A stretch of 64,000 bases of DNA from Syntrophales bacterium (GTDB taxonomy: Bacteria > Desulfobacterota > Syntrophia > Syntrophales > PHBD01), in contig OY764159.1 in assembly GCA_963668175.1 (NCBI GenBank), positions 2,208,001-2,272,000 on the forward strand. Reading direction: 5' to 3'. Within the stretch, counting starts at the first letter, position 1, and the number at the start of each line of letters is the position of its first letter. The translations under genes were made by a program, and so were the position numbers. The notes under the pieces were generated by a model, which worked only from the letters and a program-made list of their open reading frames with translations, was not told the origin of the DNA and searched no databases. Below are positions 18,512-28,782 of this stretch, piece after piece.

Positions 18512-18956
18512 ATTGGGAGGTTGGGCTGCCTACCGTGGCGTTCCGGGTCCTTTGGATTGGCCGCCTCAGAATCAAAGCCCTCTTTACCAACTGGCCCAAC
18601 ATGGTCTGCTCGCATCGGGAGAATCTCTTGACTTTATATGGTACAGCACAACTATAAGTATGAATGTATCGATGTATGCGGGGATGCTTTTTGAAGGAGG
18701 TTTTGGCTTTTTACCATACGGCTCCGGATGGAAGTGGACATTAGGGGGATTCGTTCCCGAACTTCTTGCCGCAAGTGAATGGGTTAACGGGCCTGTCGGA
18801 GAATTAACATGGAATGTGAAGACGATAAACCTGGATAGCGTGGGACAATATTTGAATATCACGCCGTTCGAGCCGGTCCCCGAGCCCGCCACGATGCTGC
18901 TTCTGGGCCTTGGCCTCGGCGGTGTTGCGGTCGCCAGGAAGAATTTCCGGAAATAA
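18330..18956 (+). CDS. PEP-CTERM sorting-domain protein (paralog 2)
   Basis: Signal peptide; VPEPATMLLLGLGLGG plus RKNFRK. Confidence 0.92.
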   Translation: MRRTLRIAILLAALFVVMMDANVYAAPIFEYELWMQSKTSLDQGHVEIMGKIVNKGTATLELGGWAAYRGVPGPLDWPPQNQSPLYQLAQHGLLASGESLDFIWYSTTISMNVSMYAGMLFEGGFGFLPYGSGWKWTLGGFVPELLAASEWVNGPVGELTWNVKTINLDSVGQYLNITPFEPVPEPATMLLLGLGLGGVAVARKNFRK

Positions 18957-18979
18957 TATTCATTCAACTGATATAATTG

Positions 18980-19012
18980 AAAAGGCAGGGCGCTTCGGAC
19001 CCTGCCTTTTTT
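18980..19012. terminator. bidirectional intrinsic terminator
   Basis: AAAAGGCAGGG-cgcttcgga-CCCTGCCTTTTTT between convergent genes. Confidence 0.85.
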
Positions 19013-19028
19013 GTTTTTATCCTCCGAA

Positions 19029-20330
19029 TCAATGTATACTTCGTTTTCGGCAGTATCCGTGCGATGCGGGTTGACGGCCCGTTATCTCCTCAATCTGTTC
19101 CAGGCCGTGATAGGCGAATGTGTACCCGGAGCCGATGTCCTTGCAGGCAACGACGATGCAGATGCCCTCTCGTCCCTCTTCCTCGCTGACGGCTGCATAA
19201 CGACGTTTCTCTTCCTCTGAAAAGAACAACTCGGGCTCCTCGTTTTCGATGAAGAAACGCACCCACACGTTGATCTCTTTTTCCCGGTATTCGGCAAGAA
19301 AGGCGGGCATGTCGGTCTGCTCGCCGTAATCGGCGTATCTTGTGATCTTCATCCTGTTATGGATCAGTGTGAGACCCACCGCTTGCACGCCTGAAGGTAA
19401 ATCGGAGAGATACTCTTCGGCCGCGATTACTTTCGGGATGGTATCGTAAGCAGGCGCTCCGCGTCCCAGCGCCGCCCAGGATTCGGGATCGTCCACCTCT
19501 TTGACGGCGTATCCCTGCATCCAGAGCGTACCGCGGATCGTATCCCCGGTCTGCGGCCTGTAGCCTTTCAGGACATGTTCCGAAGCGTAAAGGTTGATCC
19601 TGAAATTCCGGTTGTCGCCCATCTTCATTTCGACGGGCATGCGGCAGATTTCGATGCCGTCGAAGCGGAAATAGTCGACGTCTTCCACCACGGTTTGAAA
19701 TTGCGCATCCTCGGGAAAGTCGTCATCCATGAATATAAGTGTGCCCAATTGGCTTACGTCTATTTTTACGGAGCCTATGGCGCCGACATCCGCATCGGGG
19801 TTCTCTTTCAGGGCCCTTTCGCGCTCGATCGCCAGGATGGGACCCCTGCTGACGGTTATTTCCGTTTCGACTAGTTTCTCCAGGCCGTATGCGATGGCGG
19901 CCAGGGAGAATTCGTATTTCCCGCCGGTCCTCAGGATGAATCGATTCCTGAAATAGAGGGGCTCGAAAAAGGAGAGCACGCCCCCGGCGCGGCTGACGCC
20001 CGTCACGGTCGTCTCGCAGACTTGCGGCAGGGTTTTGAGGTCCGTAATTTCCATGACATTCGGGACGCCGTCCCTGAGGAACGGATAGGCCGTCATAAGC
20101 ACATTCTTGTTCTTTTCCGGGAATTTCTCCACGACGGCGAGACAGCCGACGGGGGCGTCGCCGTACTCGATGCCCAGAAAAGTGTTCTCCGCGGGATGTG
20201 CGTCCTGGTATTGCTTCTGCTCGTCGGTGACGGGTGAGAGCGCCCCCTCGACAAGGATCGTCGTGAGCATATTGACGAGGGGTTTCTCGATGCTCCCCAA
20301 CAGCGCCGTCCAATGGTCCCCGTGGCCCAT
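19029..20330 (-). CDS. hypothetical protein (433 aa, acidic)
   Basis: Long ORF with GGAGG RBS; no motif I recognise with confidence. Confidence 0.8.
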   Translation of the reverse strand: MGHGDHWTALLGSIEKPLVNMLTTILVEGALSPVTDEQKQYQDAHPAENTFLGIEYGDAPVGCLAVVEKFPEKNKNVLMTAYPFLRDGVPNVMEITDLKTLPQVCETTVTGVSRAGGVLSFFEPLYFRNRFILRTGGKYEFSLAAIAYGLEKLVETEITVSRGPILAIERERALKENPDADVGAIGSVKIDVSQLGTLIFMDDDFPEDAQFQTVVEDVDYFRFDGIEICRMPVEMKMGDNRNFRINLYASEHVLKGYRPQTGDTIRGTLWMQGYAVKEVDDPESWAALGRGAPAYDTIPKVIAAEEYLSDLPSGVQAVGLTLIHNRMKITRYADYGEQTDMPAFLAEYREKEINVWVRFFIENEEPELFFSEEEKRRYAAVSEEEGREGICIVVACKDIGSGYTFAYHGLEQIEEITGRQPASHGYCRKRSIH

Positions 20331-20445
20331 GTCATTATCCTCCGCGTTGTCAAGCGTACTCGCGCATGCGGCGTTCCGAAGGGAATCGTATGAATCGCAC
20401 AGGGCGCGTATTCCCGGGGCATGTGCCGCTTTTTACCTGATATAC

Positions 20446-22437
20446 CTACGGCGACCGGACGAGGCGGAAGCCCAACCAACTGAGCCTCAACGTCGAGGGG
20501 CCGCAATTGCGGCTCTCGACCTCTCGTTTTACCATCCAATCGTTATAGGCGCCGCCGCGATAGACCCGGCATTTCCCATCGGACGGTCCAAAGGGATCGG
20601 TAACGCTGCCGGACGGATAGTCGCCATACCAGTCCTGGACCCATTCCCAAACGTTTCCCGACATGTCGTACAGCCCCAGGCCGTTTGGCGACTTCAAGCC
20701 TACCGGGTGTGTTTGGTTGCCAGAATTGTCATTGTTCCAGGCATAGTTGTCGAGCTTTGACGCATCGCTGGTTCCGGCGTATGCCTCCCGCTTTCCGCCG
20801 CTCCGGGCGGCGTATTCCCATTCCGCTTCCGTCGGCAGCCGGTACAGGGTTGTACCCTCACTCATGTTCAGCCTGCGGATGAATTCCTGGACATCGTCCC
20901 AACTTACCTGCTCCACCGGGCAGTCGTCGCCGCAATCTTTGAAGTATGACGGATTGTTTCCCATCACCCGTTTCCACTGGGCCTGCGTCACTTCGGTGGT
21001 CTGCATGTAGAAGGGGCGGCTTATCGTCACTTGATGGGGCTTCTCATCGCTTCCTTTTCCCCCCATGGTGAATGTCCCGGCGGGAACGAAGACGAAGGCC
21101 GCCCCTAGGGTGCGGCTGGCGAAAAGTTCATCGATGGTCTGTTTTGGGGGACTGGCCGCTTTCGGCGCAGTGCCGCCGGCGGAGCGCACCGGCAGCACGC
21201 GGGAATTGGAGGCGTTCGACTGCAAGGCCGTGTTCACGCTTCCGTATTCAAAATCGAAGAAGTTGGCAGAAGGCCAGATATTTTCTGCCGCCCAGGCGCA
21301 ACAATTGGTCAGGTGGATCGAGGCGGTAAGGCGGTAATAGTTTATGCCCTCTATCTCTCGATCGAAAAGCGTATTTAATTCGTTCTGTGTCGGCATCCGC
21401 CAGTCCGTATAGCCGCCGCCGCGATACTCTTTACAATATGATTTTGCGTCGGACCAATTGATGTTCGACCCGTTGTCCCTTGCCGCCCACATGAGGCCGG
21501 TTCTCGTATCCGTCACGGTGCCGTTGCCGTTGTCGATAAACCTACCGTCGTTTTTAATCTCCTTCTGCGGCTTTTCTGTTTGAACGGCCGATTTCGGTGC
21601 CTTGTCGTCGCGGACTGCGGCAGACGGCGTCGCGGGGAGCAGCGCAGGCGCGGCAGCAGCCGTTTTTTCGCCCGTCGCGCCGGGGACGAAATAGAAGTCC
21701 CCCTTGAGGGAGGAGAGTTCCCACGGCACCTGTTTGCCCCTCGTCTGTGCGTCCAGCTTGACGCGGACGTGCTTGAAGACCTGCTCGATGCCCACGCCCG
21801 GCTGCTGCATGTTTTCCAGGAGGGCCGCCGTATAGGGGCTGTTCCTCCCCTTGCCGTCCTGAGCCACGCTGCCGGGGCTCGTGGAGTAGGAGATGTACGT
21901 GCCCGTCGGGGCGGAGCTGACGACGGCGAGGCCCCTGGTCGTGCTCCTGTAGTTGCGGGAGAAGGGATTGTCGCGGCAGGCGTCGAGGATGACGATGTTG
22001 AGGCCGTTCTTGGCGTTTCCCATCTCGTCGAGGACGCGGTTCGCATCGACGGCCCTGTACTTGAGGTCCGTCTCCTTGTTGATCCGGGCATCGACGGGGA
22101 TGAGGTAGTTCGCACCCTTGACCCGCACGCCGTGGCCCGCATAGAAGAAGAGGCCGACGCCGCCCTGTTTCAGCTTCTTGCCGAAGGCCTCGATGGCCTC
22201 GTCCATCTCTTGGAGCTTGGCGTTTTTGAGGAGCGTGACCTTGAAGCCGAGCTTCGTAAGCTGCGCCGCCATGTCCGCCGCGTCGTTGGCGGGATTTTTA
22301 AGCGCGCCGGTGGAGTAGGCGGCGTTGCCGACGACGAGGGCCGTGCGGTTTTCCGTTGCAGCGGAAACGCGGGGCGGAAACAAAAACAGGAAAAGCAGAA
22401 AAGCAACCGAAACGATCCTGATCAAGGCAGACTTCAT
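20446..22437 (-). CDS. secreted caspase-like peptidase (C14) + DUF1566/Lcl + FGE-sulfatase (SUMF1) domain protein
   Basis: Signal peptide; ALVVGNAAY, FFYAGHG, ILDACR (His/Cys dyad); DNGNGTVTDTRTGLMW...DWRMPT; TEVTQAQW, YRLPTEAEWEYAAR, GLYDMSGNVWEW, GFRLVR. Confidence 0.92.
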   Translation of the reverse strand: MKSALIRIVSVAFLLFLFLFPPRVSAATENRTALVVGNAAYSTGALKNPANDAADMAAQLTKLGFKVTLLKNAKLQEMDEAIEAFGKKLKQGGVGLFFYAGHGVRVKGANYLIPVDARINKETDLKYRAVDANRVLDEMGNAKNGLNIVILDACRDNPFSRNYRSTTRGLAVVSSAPTGTYISYSTSPGSVAQDGKGRNSPYTAALLENMQQPGVGIEQVFKHVRVKLDAQTRGKQVPWELSSLKGDFYFVPGATGEKTAAAAPALLPATPSAAVRDDKAPKSAVQTEKPQKEIKNDGRFIDNGNGTVTDTRTGLMWAARDNGSNINWSDAKSYCKEYRGGGYTDWRMPTQNELNTLFDREIEGINYYRLTASIHLTNCCAWAAENIWPSANFFDFEYGSVNTALQSNASNSRVLPVRSAGGTAPKAASPPKQTIDELFASRTLGAAFVFVPAGTFTMGGKGSDEKPHQVTISRPFYMQTTEVTQAQWKRVMGNNPSYFKDCGDDCPVEQVSWDDVQEFIRRLNMSEGTTLYRLPTEAEWEYAARSGGKREAYAGTSDASKLDNYAWNNDNSGNQTHPVGLKSPNGLGLYDMSGNVWEWVQDWYGDYPSGSVTDPFGPSDGKCRVYRGGAYNDWMVKREVESRNCGPSTLRLSWLGFRLVRSP

Positions 22438-22640
22438 CGATGCATTCCCCCCTCTTATTCGATGAATCGATTATATTCCCTTCATACACCAATCGTCCGG
22501 AAAAAGGAAAAGGAATGTGTATACACTCGTCGCCGGCCCGCCGCCTCCCGCCGAGGGAAACCGAACGCGTCCCGTCCCCGAAATAACCGTTTTGCCGCGA
22601 AGCGGGCGACTAACCCGAAGCGCCGCCGCCCGCCGTGCGG

Positions 22641-23030
22641 CTATTCGAAGGCGTTCGAGAAGGCGAGCCACAGCGGAACGAAGTAAACGCCGTTTTTGAA
22701 GTTGAGGAGATCGAACGTCCAGCCGCCGTAAACGATGCACCGTTCCGCCGCGCTCTGGCGGGCCTGCGCGTTGTCGTCCACATAGACGGGATAGGTGCGG
22801 CACGTTACGATCTCGCGCTTCCAGATCGAATCGTAGGTGGTCACGCACTCCTCTTCGTCGCCGACATACCTCGACTTCTTGGGATAGGCGTCGGCCGCGT
22901 CGTTCCAGCACTGGTTGTAATCCGCCTGGAAATTCCTGTCCGGGTGGCGCTCGTTGATCCACGTGCCGCAGCCGGTTAGGCCGAGGATGAACACGGCGAC
23001 CGCGCAGATCGTGACGGTGGTCTTTCTCAT
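22641..23030 (-). CDS. Cys-rich hypothetical lipoprotein
   Basis: Lipobox LTGC; four further cysteines. Confidence 0.75.
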   Translation of the reverse strand: MRKTTVTICAVAVFILGLTGCGTWINERHPDRNFQADYNQCWNDAADAYPKKSRYVGDEEECVTTYDSIWKREIVTCRTYPVYVDDNAQARQSAAERCIVYGGWTFDLLNFKNGVYFVPLWLAFSNAFE

Positions 23031-23370
23031 AAAATATCCCCCCTTCTGCCGCTGCGGGCGGCATGAAATATCTTATTGAAAACCGACGATGGAACTGCCC
23101 TTATGTAAAAGCATCATCCATGCCATGCACCGCCAGCATTGCAACATGTTAATATGATTCACGATACGAGAAGTGCCTGACGGTATGGGCGCCCCTTGGG
23201 TGGGCATGCAATGGATACTATGTATCCATTACATGCATAATATGTATCCATATGGGCAATAAGTATGCACAGAAAGCAAAGTTCGATGTATTGCGGCAGC
23301 TTGCCGGTATTCAATATATAGAAATGAGTATAAAAAATGGTTAAAAATAATAAAATATACATATTCCATC

Positions 23371-24936
23371 TTGACAACGTACATAATGTATGGCAAGGGT
23401 GTCGCCATAGACGGAACGCTCATGGCCCCTATTGTCAACATCATATCAAAAACGTCGAAAACATTGTGGATATTCTACTGCGGTCTGGCGCTGTCGACCA
23501 TCGCCGCAGCGCTGAAATATCCCGGCCAGGTATATTCCTATATTCTGTTTTCCATCGTTTTTAACGCCCTGCTCTTCATGGGGTTCAGGAAGAATAAGAT
23601 CTTTTTCGACACCTTTATCGGGATTCTCTTCTGGCTTGGGTTCTGGCTGAAATATACGTTCGTGCTCCTGTTTTGCGGTTATATCTTTGTCGAGCCGATC
23701 GGCGACTTCGATTATTCGGGGATTTCGTCCGATTACGCCCTTCTGGTCTGCACCGTGGGGGGCGTTGCCTTGATGATGGCCAGTTGCGTGAGGGAAAGAT
23801 ACCTGCTGCCGCGCGAATTGCACGATCAAACCGCAAAAGACAATTATATCGCCTTGCTGTATCGCGACTACCGAAAGCTTGTTCTTGCGTCGTTCGTTCT
23901 GCTCTTCATCTTCATTGCCGCGTCAAACGTATGGTTCGGCATCTATCAAAGGGGCCTCTCTTCGAGAACGGTGCTGCTTCCGGGCCTTAAGGGCGTCTAT
24001 ACGTGGCTGTTGCTGTTCGGTATGGCTTCCTTTTCCTCCGTGATTATCGATTCCGAGTTGCGATACAAAAGCAATATTTATCTGGCGGCGACCATAGGCT
24101 TGCTGGAGAGCTTTTTTTCCAGCGTGTCCATGCTGAGCAGGGCCATGATTGTCAATGCCGGCTTTTTGATGTTCGGGGCGAATGAAGTGGGAAAAAATAA
24201 AGCGGGATCCATGAACGGCAGGTTTAAAATCGCGATGCTTGCGATATTCATCGCACTGTTTGTCAGCTCCGTTTTCATGGTGAACGTCGTCAGGGGAATT
24301 TCATACAGCACGGAAGATAGTACGCAAGATAGTACGCAAGAATCTTTGAACGCGTCCTATTTAAGCAACGCAAAGAATGCGGCGTATCTGATAAATGTCG
24401 CGTACAAAGCAACGTATCGGTTATGCCTGAATCGCTGGGTGGGCATTGAAGGGGTTCTGGCGATATCGAGCCATGGAAATCTGGGACCGGATCTGTGGGC
24501 GGAAGTATGGCGGGAGAAATATTCGGATTATGGGACAAGTTATTTCGATAGGGAAATTGCCAAAGCGCCATATCGAGGAATGAATTCAGTCAGGCATCAT
24601 TTCATAACCATGCCCGGTATATTGGGTTTCTTCTATTATAAAGGATCGTTGCCGTTCCTGTTTGCCATGATGTTTGCCGCAGGCATGCTCGGCGCCCTTA
24701 TAGAAATAGGCGTTTATAAAACCGCCGGATCGAACCTGATATTATGCTCGGTGATCGCGGGGACGGTGGCGTACCGTTATGCCCATTTCGGCTATGCCCC
24801 GGGGCAGAGCTACCTGCTGTTCGGCTCGATTTTCGCCAATATCTTTATCATTTTCCTGCTTAATAAAATATGCAAATCCGTAGTGACCAGGAACGGGCGC
24901 ATCAAGGTTTCCGCCGCATCGATATCCGCCGCCTGA
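23371..24936 (+). CDS. polytopic membrane protein (possibly Wzy/O-antigen polymerase-like); start uncertain
   Basis: About 11-12 hydrophobic segments with a large loop; lower GC than the flanks. Confidence 0.65.
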   Translation: MTTYIMYGKGVAIDGTLMAPIVNIISKTSKTLWIFYCGLALSTIAAALKYPGQVYSYILFSIVFNALLFMGFRKNKIFFDTFIGILFWLGFWLKYTFVLLFCGYIFVEPIGDFDYSGISSDYALLVCTVGGVALMMASCVRERYLLPRELHDQTAKDNYIALLYRDYRKLVLASFVLLFIFIAASNVWFGIYQRGLSSRTVLLPGLKGVYTWLLLFGMASFSSVIIDSELRYKSNIYLAATIGLLESFFSSVSMLSRAMIVNAGFLMFGANEVGKNKAGSMNGRFKIAMLAIFIALFVSSVFMVNVVRGISYSTEDSTQDSTQESLNASYLSNAKNAAYLINVAYKATYRLCLNRWVGIEGVLAISSHGNLGPDLWAEVWREKYSDYGTSYFDREIAKAPYRGMNSVRHHFITMPGILGFFYYKGSLPFLFAMMFAAGMLGALIEIGVYKTAGSNLILCSVIAGTVAYRYAHFGYAPGQSYLLFGSIFANIFIIFLLNKICKSVVTRNGRIKVSAASISAA

Positions 24937-25136
24937 ACCGGTCCGCTGCCGTTAGCGGCGTCTCCTCCTGTTCCGGCCGCCGGGCGGGCCGCTGCGATCC
25001 CGGCGATATCGGTGCCTCCTTCGTTCATCCCCGGTCATGACCCGTTTCCCCATCCAAAAAGGTGCGATTTGACGGTTGACGGACGCGCCGTCAACCGCTA
25101 ATGTGACGGCCGAACGATACCAAGGAGGAACTCGAA

Positions 25137-26189
25137 ATGAACATAACGAACAAGCACGCAGGCGTATCGGTGTTGATCGCGGCGGTTCTTTTGCTTTGCG
25201 CTTATCAGGCGGCGGCCTGCACGAGGGTCGTCTATCGCGGGCCGAACGGGACGACCATGACGGCGAGGTCGATGGACTGGAAATCGGATACGAAGAGCAA
25301 CCTGTGGCTCTTCCCCCGGGGCATGGAGCGCGACGGCGCGACGGGCCCTAAAACCGTGAAATGGGTGTCGAAATACGGCAGCATCGTGACGTCCTTCGGC
25401 GACAACGGCACCACGGACGGCATGAACGAAAAGGGCCTGGCGGCGAATCTCCTGTGGCTCGCCGAGTCGGAATACCCGAAGATCGACCTGACGAAGCCGG
25501 CCATCTCCATCGGCGCGTGGGTGCAGTACGTCCTGGACCATTTCGCTACGGTGAAGGAGGCCGTCGATTTCCTGCGGAAGGGGACCTTCGCCGTTTATTC
25601 GGACAAGATGCCGGGGAGCGACTTGAGCGCGACGCTGCACATGTCCATTTCGGATGCCTCGGGCGACAACGCCATCTTCGAATACATCAAGGGGAAGCTC
25701 GTCATCCACCACGACCCGTCCTACCAGGTCATGACCAATTCGCCGATCTTCGAGAAGCAGCTTGCGCTCGCCGAGTACTGGCGTGAGATCGGCGGGACGA
25801 CGATGCTGCCCGGCACGAACAGGGCGGCCGACAGGTTCGTGCGCGCGTCGTTCTACATCAACGCCATCCCCCGGACCGACGACACCTATACGGCGCTGGC
25901 CGGCGTCATTTCCGTCATTCGCAACTGCTCCGTGCCTTACGGCATCTCCACGCCCTCGCAGCCGAACATCTCCAGCACGCGCTGGCGGACGATCGCGGAC
26001 CAGAAGAACCTGGTCTATTACTTCGACAGCGTGACGACGCCGAACGTCTTCTGGGTCGATCTCACGAAGGTCGATTTCTCGAAAAAGGCGAAGACGAAGA
26101 AGCTGTCGCTCGTCAACAACGAGATCTATGCGGGCGATGCCGGGAAGGCGTTCAAGGAGGCCGCGCCGTTCGTGTTTGCGGGGATCTAG
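25137..26189 (+). CDS. linear amide C-N hydrolase (choloylglycine hydrolase / penicillin V acylase family)
   Basis: Signal peptide then catalytic CTR; ARSMDW, DGMNEKGL, VMTNSP, LPG...DRFVRA. Confidence 0.93.
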   Translation: MNITNKHAGVSVLIAAVLLLCAYQAAACTRVVYRGPNGTTMTARSMDWKSDTKSNLWLFPRGMERDGATGPKTVKWVSKYGSIVTSFGDNGTTDGMNEKGLAANLLWLAESEYPKIDLTKPAISIGAWVQYVLDHFATVKEAVDFLRKGTFAVYSDKMPGSDLSATLHMSISDASGDNAIFEYIKGKLVIHHDPSYQVMTNSPIFEKQLALAEYWREIGGTTMLPGTNRAADRFVRASFYINAIPRTDDTYTALAGVISVIRNCSVPYGISTPSQPNISSTRWRTIADQKNLVYYFDSVTTPNVFWVDLTKVDFSKKAKTKKLSLVNNEIYAGDAGKAFKEAAPFVFAGI

Positions 26190-26417
26190 GCGGAAGGCGT
26201 CCCGGAGAACCGCGCCGGATCAGGGCCGGACGGCTCCAACACGCGGGCGGCGCGCCCGGCGGCGGGATGCGTGCATTCGTGAATCGGCCGTTGCGTTGGA
26301 CGGCATGCCGGTAGACATGCCTGCGCTGCGCCGGAACGTCCCCTGATTTTCGAGTGGACACGCGGCGCCGAAAAGGATTATAAACGGAAAAAATACATTC
26401 AAGGGGAAATAGAGAAC

Positions 26418-26990
26418 ATGGCTGTATCGTCTTATACTTGCAGTGTCCGTCAGGGGTTTAATTTCGAGAAAGATAAGCAGGAGTACGTCGGTCATATCGT
26501 TTCCTGCAAGGTGGGGAACGATCAGTTCGACGCCGACCTCAACGTGGCCAATCCGGAAGACCCGGCGAAGACGGTCAAGGCGTTCGGCATCGTGTCCTAC
26601 ATCGGTTGGAACGGCGGCTACGCAGACGCGATTCAGTTTTCCTGCCAGGTCTCCAACGCCAACAAGACCAAGATCGCGACCTTGACCCACAAAAGCCTCG
26701 CCAACACGGAGGTGCTCTTCAAGTTCAACATCTACGATTACGATCCGAAGGAGAAGAAGTATTATAAGTGCTTTCACTCCAACGACGCCGAGCTGAAGGG
26801 TCTCGTGTTCAAATCGGGAGGGGAACTCGCGATGCGGATCGACATGGACCAGTCCATGGAGATCGTATCGCCGAAGAACTTTATGTTCACCCTCGGCGTC
26901 ATGCCCCAGGATGTGAACATGGAAATCCACATGGCCGTTTCCGTATCCGACAAGTTCGTCAAGAAATGGGGCGTGGAAGTGGCGAAGTAG
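26418..26990 (+). CDS. hypothetical protein, beta-rich, 190 aa (possibly tube/Hcp-like)
   Basis: AGGGG RBS, host-like codon use, no signal peptide; fold suggestion is inference only. Confidence 0.75.
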   Translation: MAVSSYTCSVRQGFNFEKDKQEYVGHIVSCKVGNDQFDADLNVANPEDPAKTVKAFGIVSYIGWNGGYADAIQFSCQVSNANKTKIATLTHKSLANTEVLFKFNIYDYDPKEKKYYKCFHSNDAELKGLVFKSGGELAMRIDMDQSMEIVSPKNFMFTLGVMPQDVNMEIHMAVSVSDKFVKKWGVEVAK

Positions 26991-27158
26991 GGGCGTCCGG
27001 GAAAGATCGGTCCGTAATCATTCGGGGAAGAAATAAACGAAGAGAATAATCAGTCGCGCCGCGACGGTTGCCGCATTTTGCCGCGCAGTTCCGGAAAGCC
27101 GGAACCGCGGGAATGCCGGAAGGGTGCGGTATGCGAAGGAAAAAATGACCATTATAGG

Positions 27159-27749
27159 ATGATTATCCCGTTGAACAGCGAATTCGAGAAAATAAAATCC
27201 ATTTTGTCCAAACTGCGATCTGAATATATGTCAGGCTGTAAAAAGGCCGATATTGACCCCAATATCCCAATTACAGAACGGGATATCGTGGCCGAGATTT
27301 ACGGAAGGCTGAGAAAGGAATTTCTCAAACACAATAATTTGGCTGTGCATTGTGAGGTAAAACCGGCTCCGAATGTCAATGCATCGACTGATGTCTTGAA
27401 AGGTCTGCCGAGAATAGATGTAGCTATTCTATCCGATAAAGGTAACCGCACTTGGATTTCAGAGGCCGAAATCCTTCAAGCAAAATATAAGAAAGGTGAT
27501 ATTGAGGCAAGGTTCTCATCAATTCCCTATGAATTCTTCCACACCGCAATAGAAGTGAAGATTCAGAGTAATGTGAAGGATGCAAAGAGGGATATTGATA
27601 TTCTGAAACAGCTTTACGTCTCTTCAAAAAGTGCATGCAATTGTTTCTTTGTCTTGCTGAACGCAAGGGGTTCAAGAAGAGATCATGATGCTATTAAGGA
27701 ATATGGTGATGGGGAAAATATCTGCGTTATCGAGTATACTCGGGGATAA
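27159..27749 (+). CDS. hypothetical protein, putative PD-(D/E)XK nuclease fold
   Basis: TERD...E...RIDVAIL...AIEVK...DIDIL pattern; low GC; start uncertain. Confidence 0.6.
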   Translation: MIIPLNSEFEKIKSILSKLRSEYMSGCKKADIDPNIPITERDIVAEIYGRLRKEFLKHNNLAVHCEVKPAPNVNASTDVLKGLPRIDVAILSDKGNRTWISEAEILQAKYKKGDIEARFSSIPYEFFHTAIEVKIQSNVKDAKRDIDILKQLYVSSKSACNCFFVLLNARGSRRDHDAIKEYGDGENICVIEYTRG

Positions 27750-27827
27750 TCTGCACCATAAATCCGGGACTACCACCCCCTGGCCGGTGAACCGCGTTCC
27801 GGGATTTTGCCCTGGCCTGCAATCCAG

Positions 27828-28763
27828 ATGAATAGAAGACAATTCCTGAAAACCCTGGCCGCGGGCGCGATAAGCACGGCCGTCGGCCGTCCCGGCCTTT
27901 CGTTCGACGGCCCCAAACCGCAGATCGCAATCACCGTCGACGATTTCAATATCTCCGGCCTGTCGGAGGCGGAGGCGGCAAGGCGCAGCCGCGCATTGCT
28001 CTTCGCCCTGCGGTCGCACTCGTCCCTGAAGGCCGCCGCGTTCGTCTGCGCGAAATACACGGACAGCGCCGTCGGCCGCAACCTCCTGCGGGAATGGGGC
28101 GAGAGCGGGCACATCGTCGCGAACCACACCTATGCCCACCGGTCCTACCACGATTGCGATTTCACGGAATTCAGCGGGGATGTCCTGCGCGCCGAAAGGG
28201 TCCTGGAGGCGATACCGGGCTTCCGGCGATATTTCCGGTTCCCCCAGCTCAAGGAGGGCGACACGGCCGAAAAGCGCGATGCGATGCGGGCGTTCCTCAA
28301 GCAGCGCGGCTATCGCATGGGATACGTGACCGTCGATGCGTCGGACTGGTATATCGACCGGCGCCTGCGCGAACGCCTTGCCCGCAATCCGGGGCAGTCC
28401 CGCGCCGCCTACAGGGATTATTACCTCGATCACCTGTGGGACAGGGCCGCCTATTACGACGGCCTGTCGCGAAAAGTCCTGGGGCGGAGCGCCAGCCACA
28501 CGCTGCTTGTCCATTACAACCTGCTGAACGAGCTGTTTCTGGGCGACGTTCTCGATATGTTCGCGGCCAGGGGCTGGAAGCTTGTCGATGCGGGGGCGGC
28601 GTTTGAGGATGCCGTCTTTTCGGCCGCGCCGGACGTGGTGCCCGCGGGCGAAAGCATCGTATGGTCTTTAGCCAAGGCGTCGGGCAGGTTTGACGATGCC
28701 CTGCGCTACCCGGCGGAGGACAGCCGATACGAAGAACCGGAAATGGACCGGCTCGGGTTGTGA
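27828..28763 (+). CDS. polysaccharide deacetylase (NodB-like) with Tat signal
   Basis: MNRRQFLK; AITVDD, ANHTYAH, YFRFPQL, LLVH. Confidence 0.9.
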   Translation: MNRRQFLKTLAAGAISTAVGRPGLSFDGPKPQIAITVDDFNISGLSEAEAARRSRALLFALRSHSSLKAAAFVCAKYTDSAVGRNLLREWGESGHIVANHTYAHRSYHDCDFTEFSGDVLRAERVLEAIPGFRRYFRFPQLKEGDTAEKRDAMRAFLKQRGYRMGYVTVDASDWYIDRRLRERLARNPGQSRAAYRDYYLDHLWDRAAYYDGLSRKVLGRSASHTLLVHYNLLNELFLGDVLDMFAARGWKLVDAGAAFEDAVFSAAPDVVPAGESIVWSLAKASGRFDDALRYPAEDSRYEEPEMDRLGL

Positions 28764-28782
28764 GGCGGGCTTACTCCTGCGA

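Noticed and set aside
20446..20600. DGR variable region at the end of the FGE-sulfatase domain
   Set aside because: No reverse transcriptase or template repeat seen in the window, and many codons at variable positions end in A or G rather than the NNY expected from AAY mutagenesis. A remote DGR cannot be excluded.
24314..24337. 12-bp tandem duplication AAGATAGTACGC x2
   Set aside because: In-frame, only two copies, in a loop region; no evidence of phase variation.
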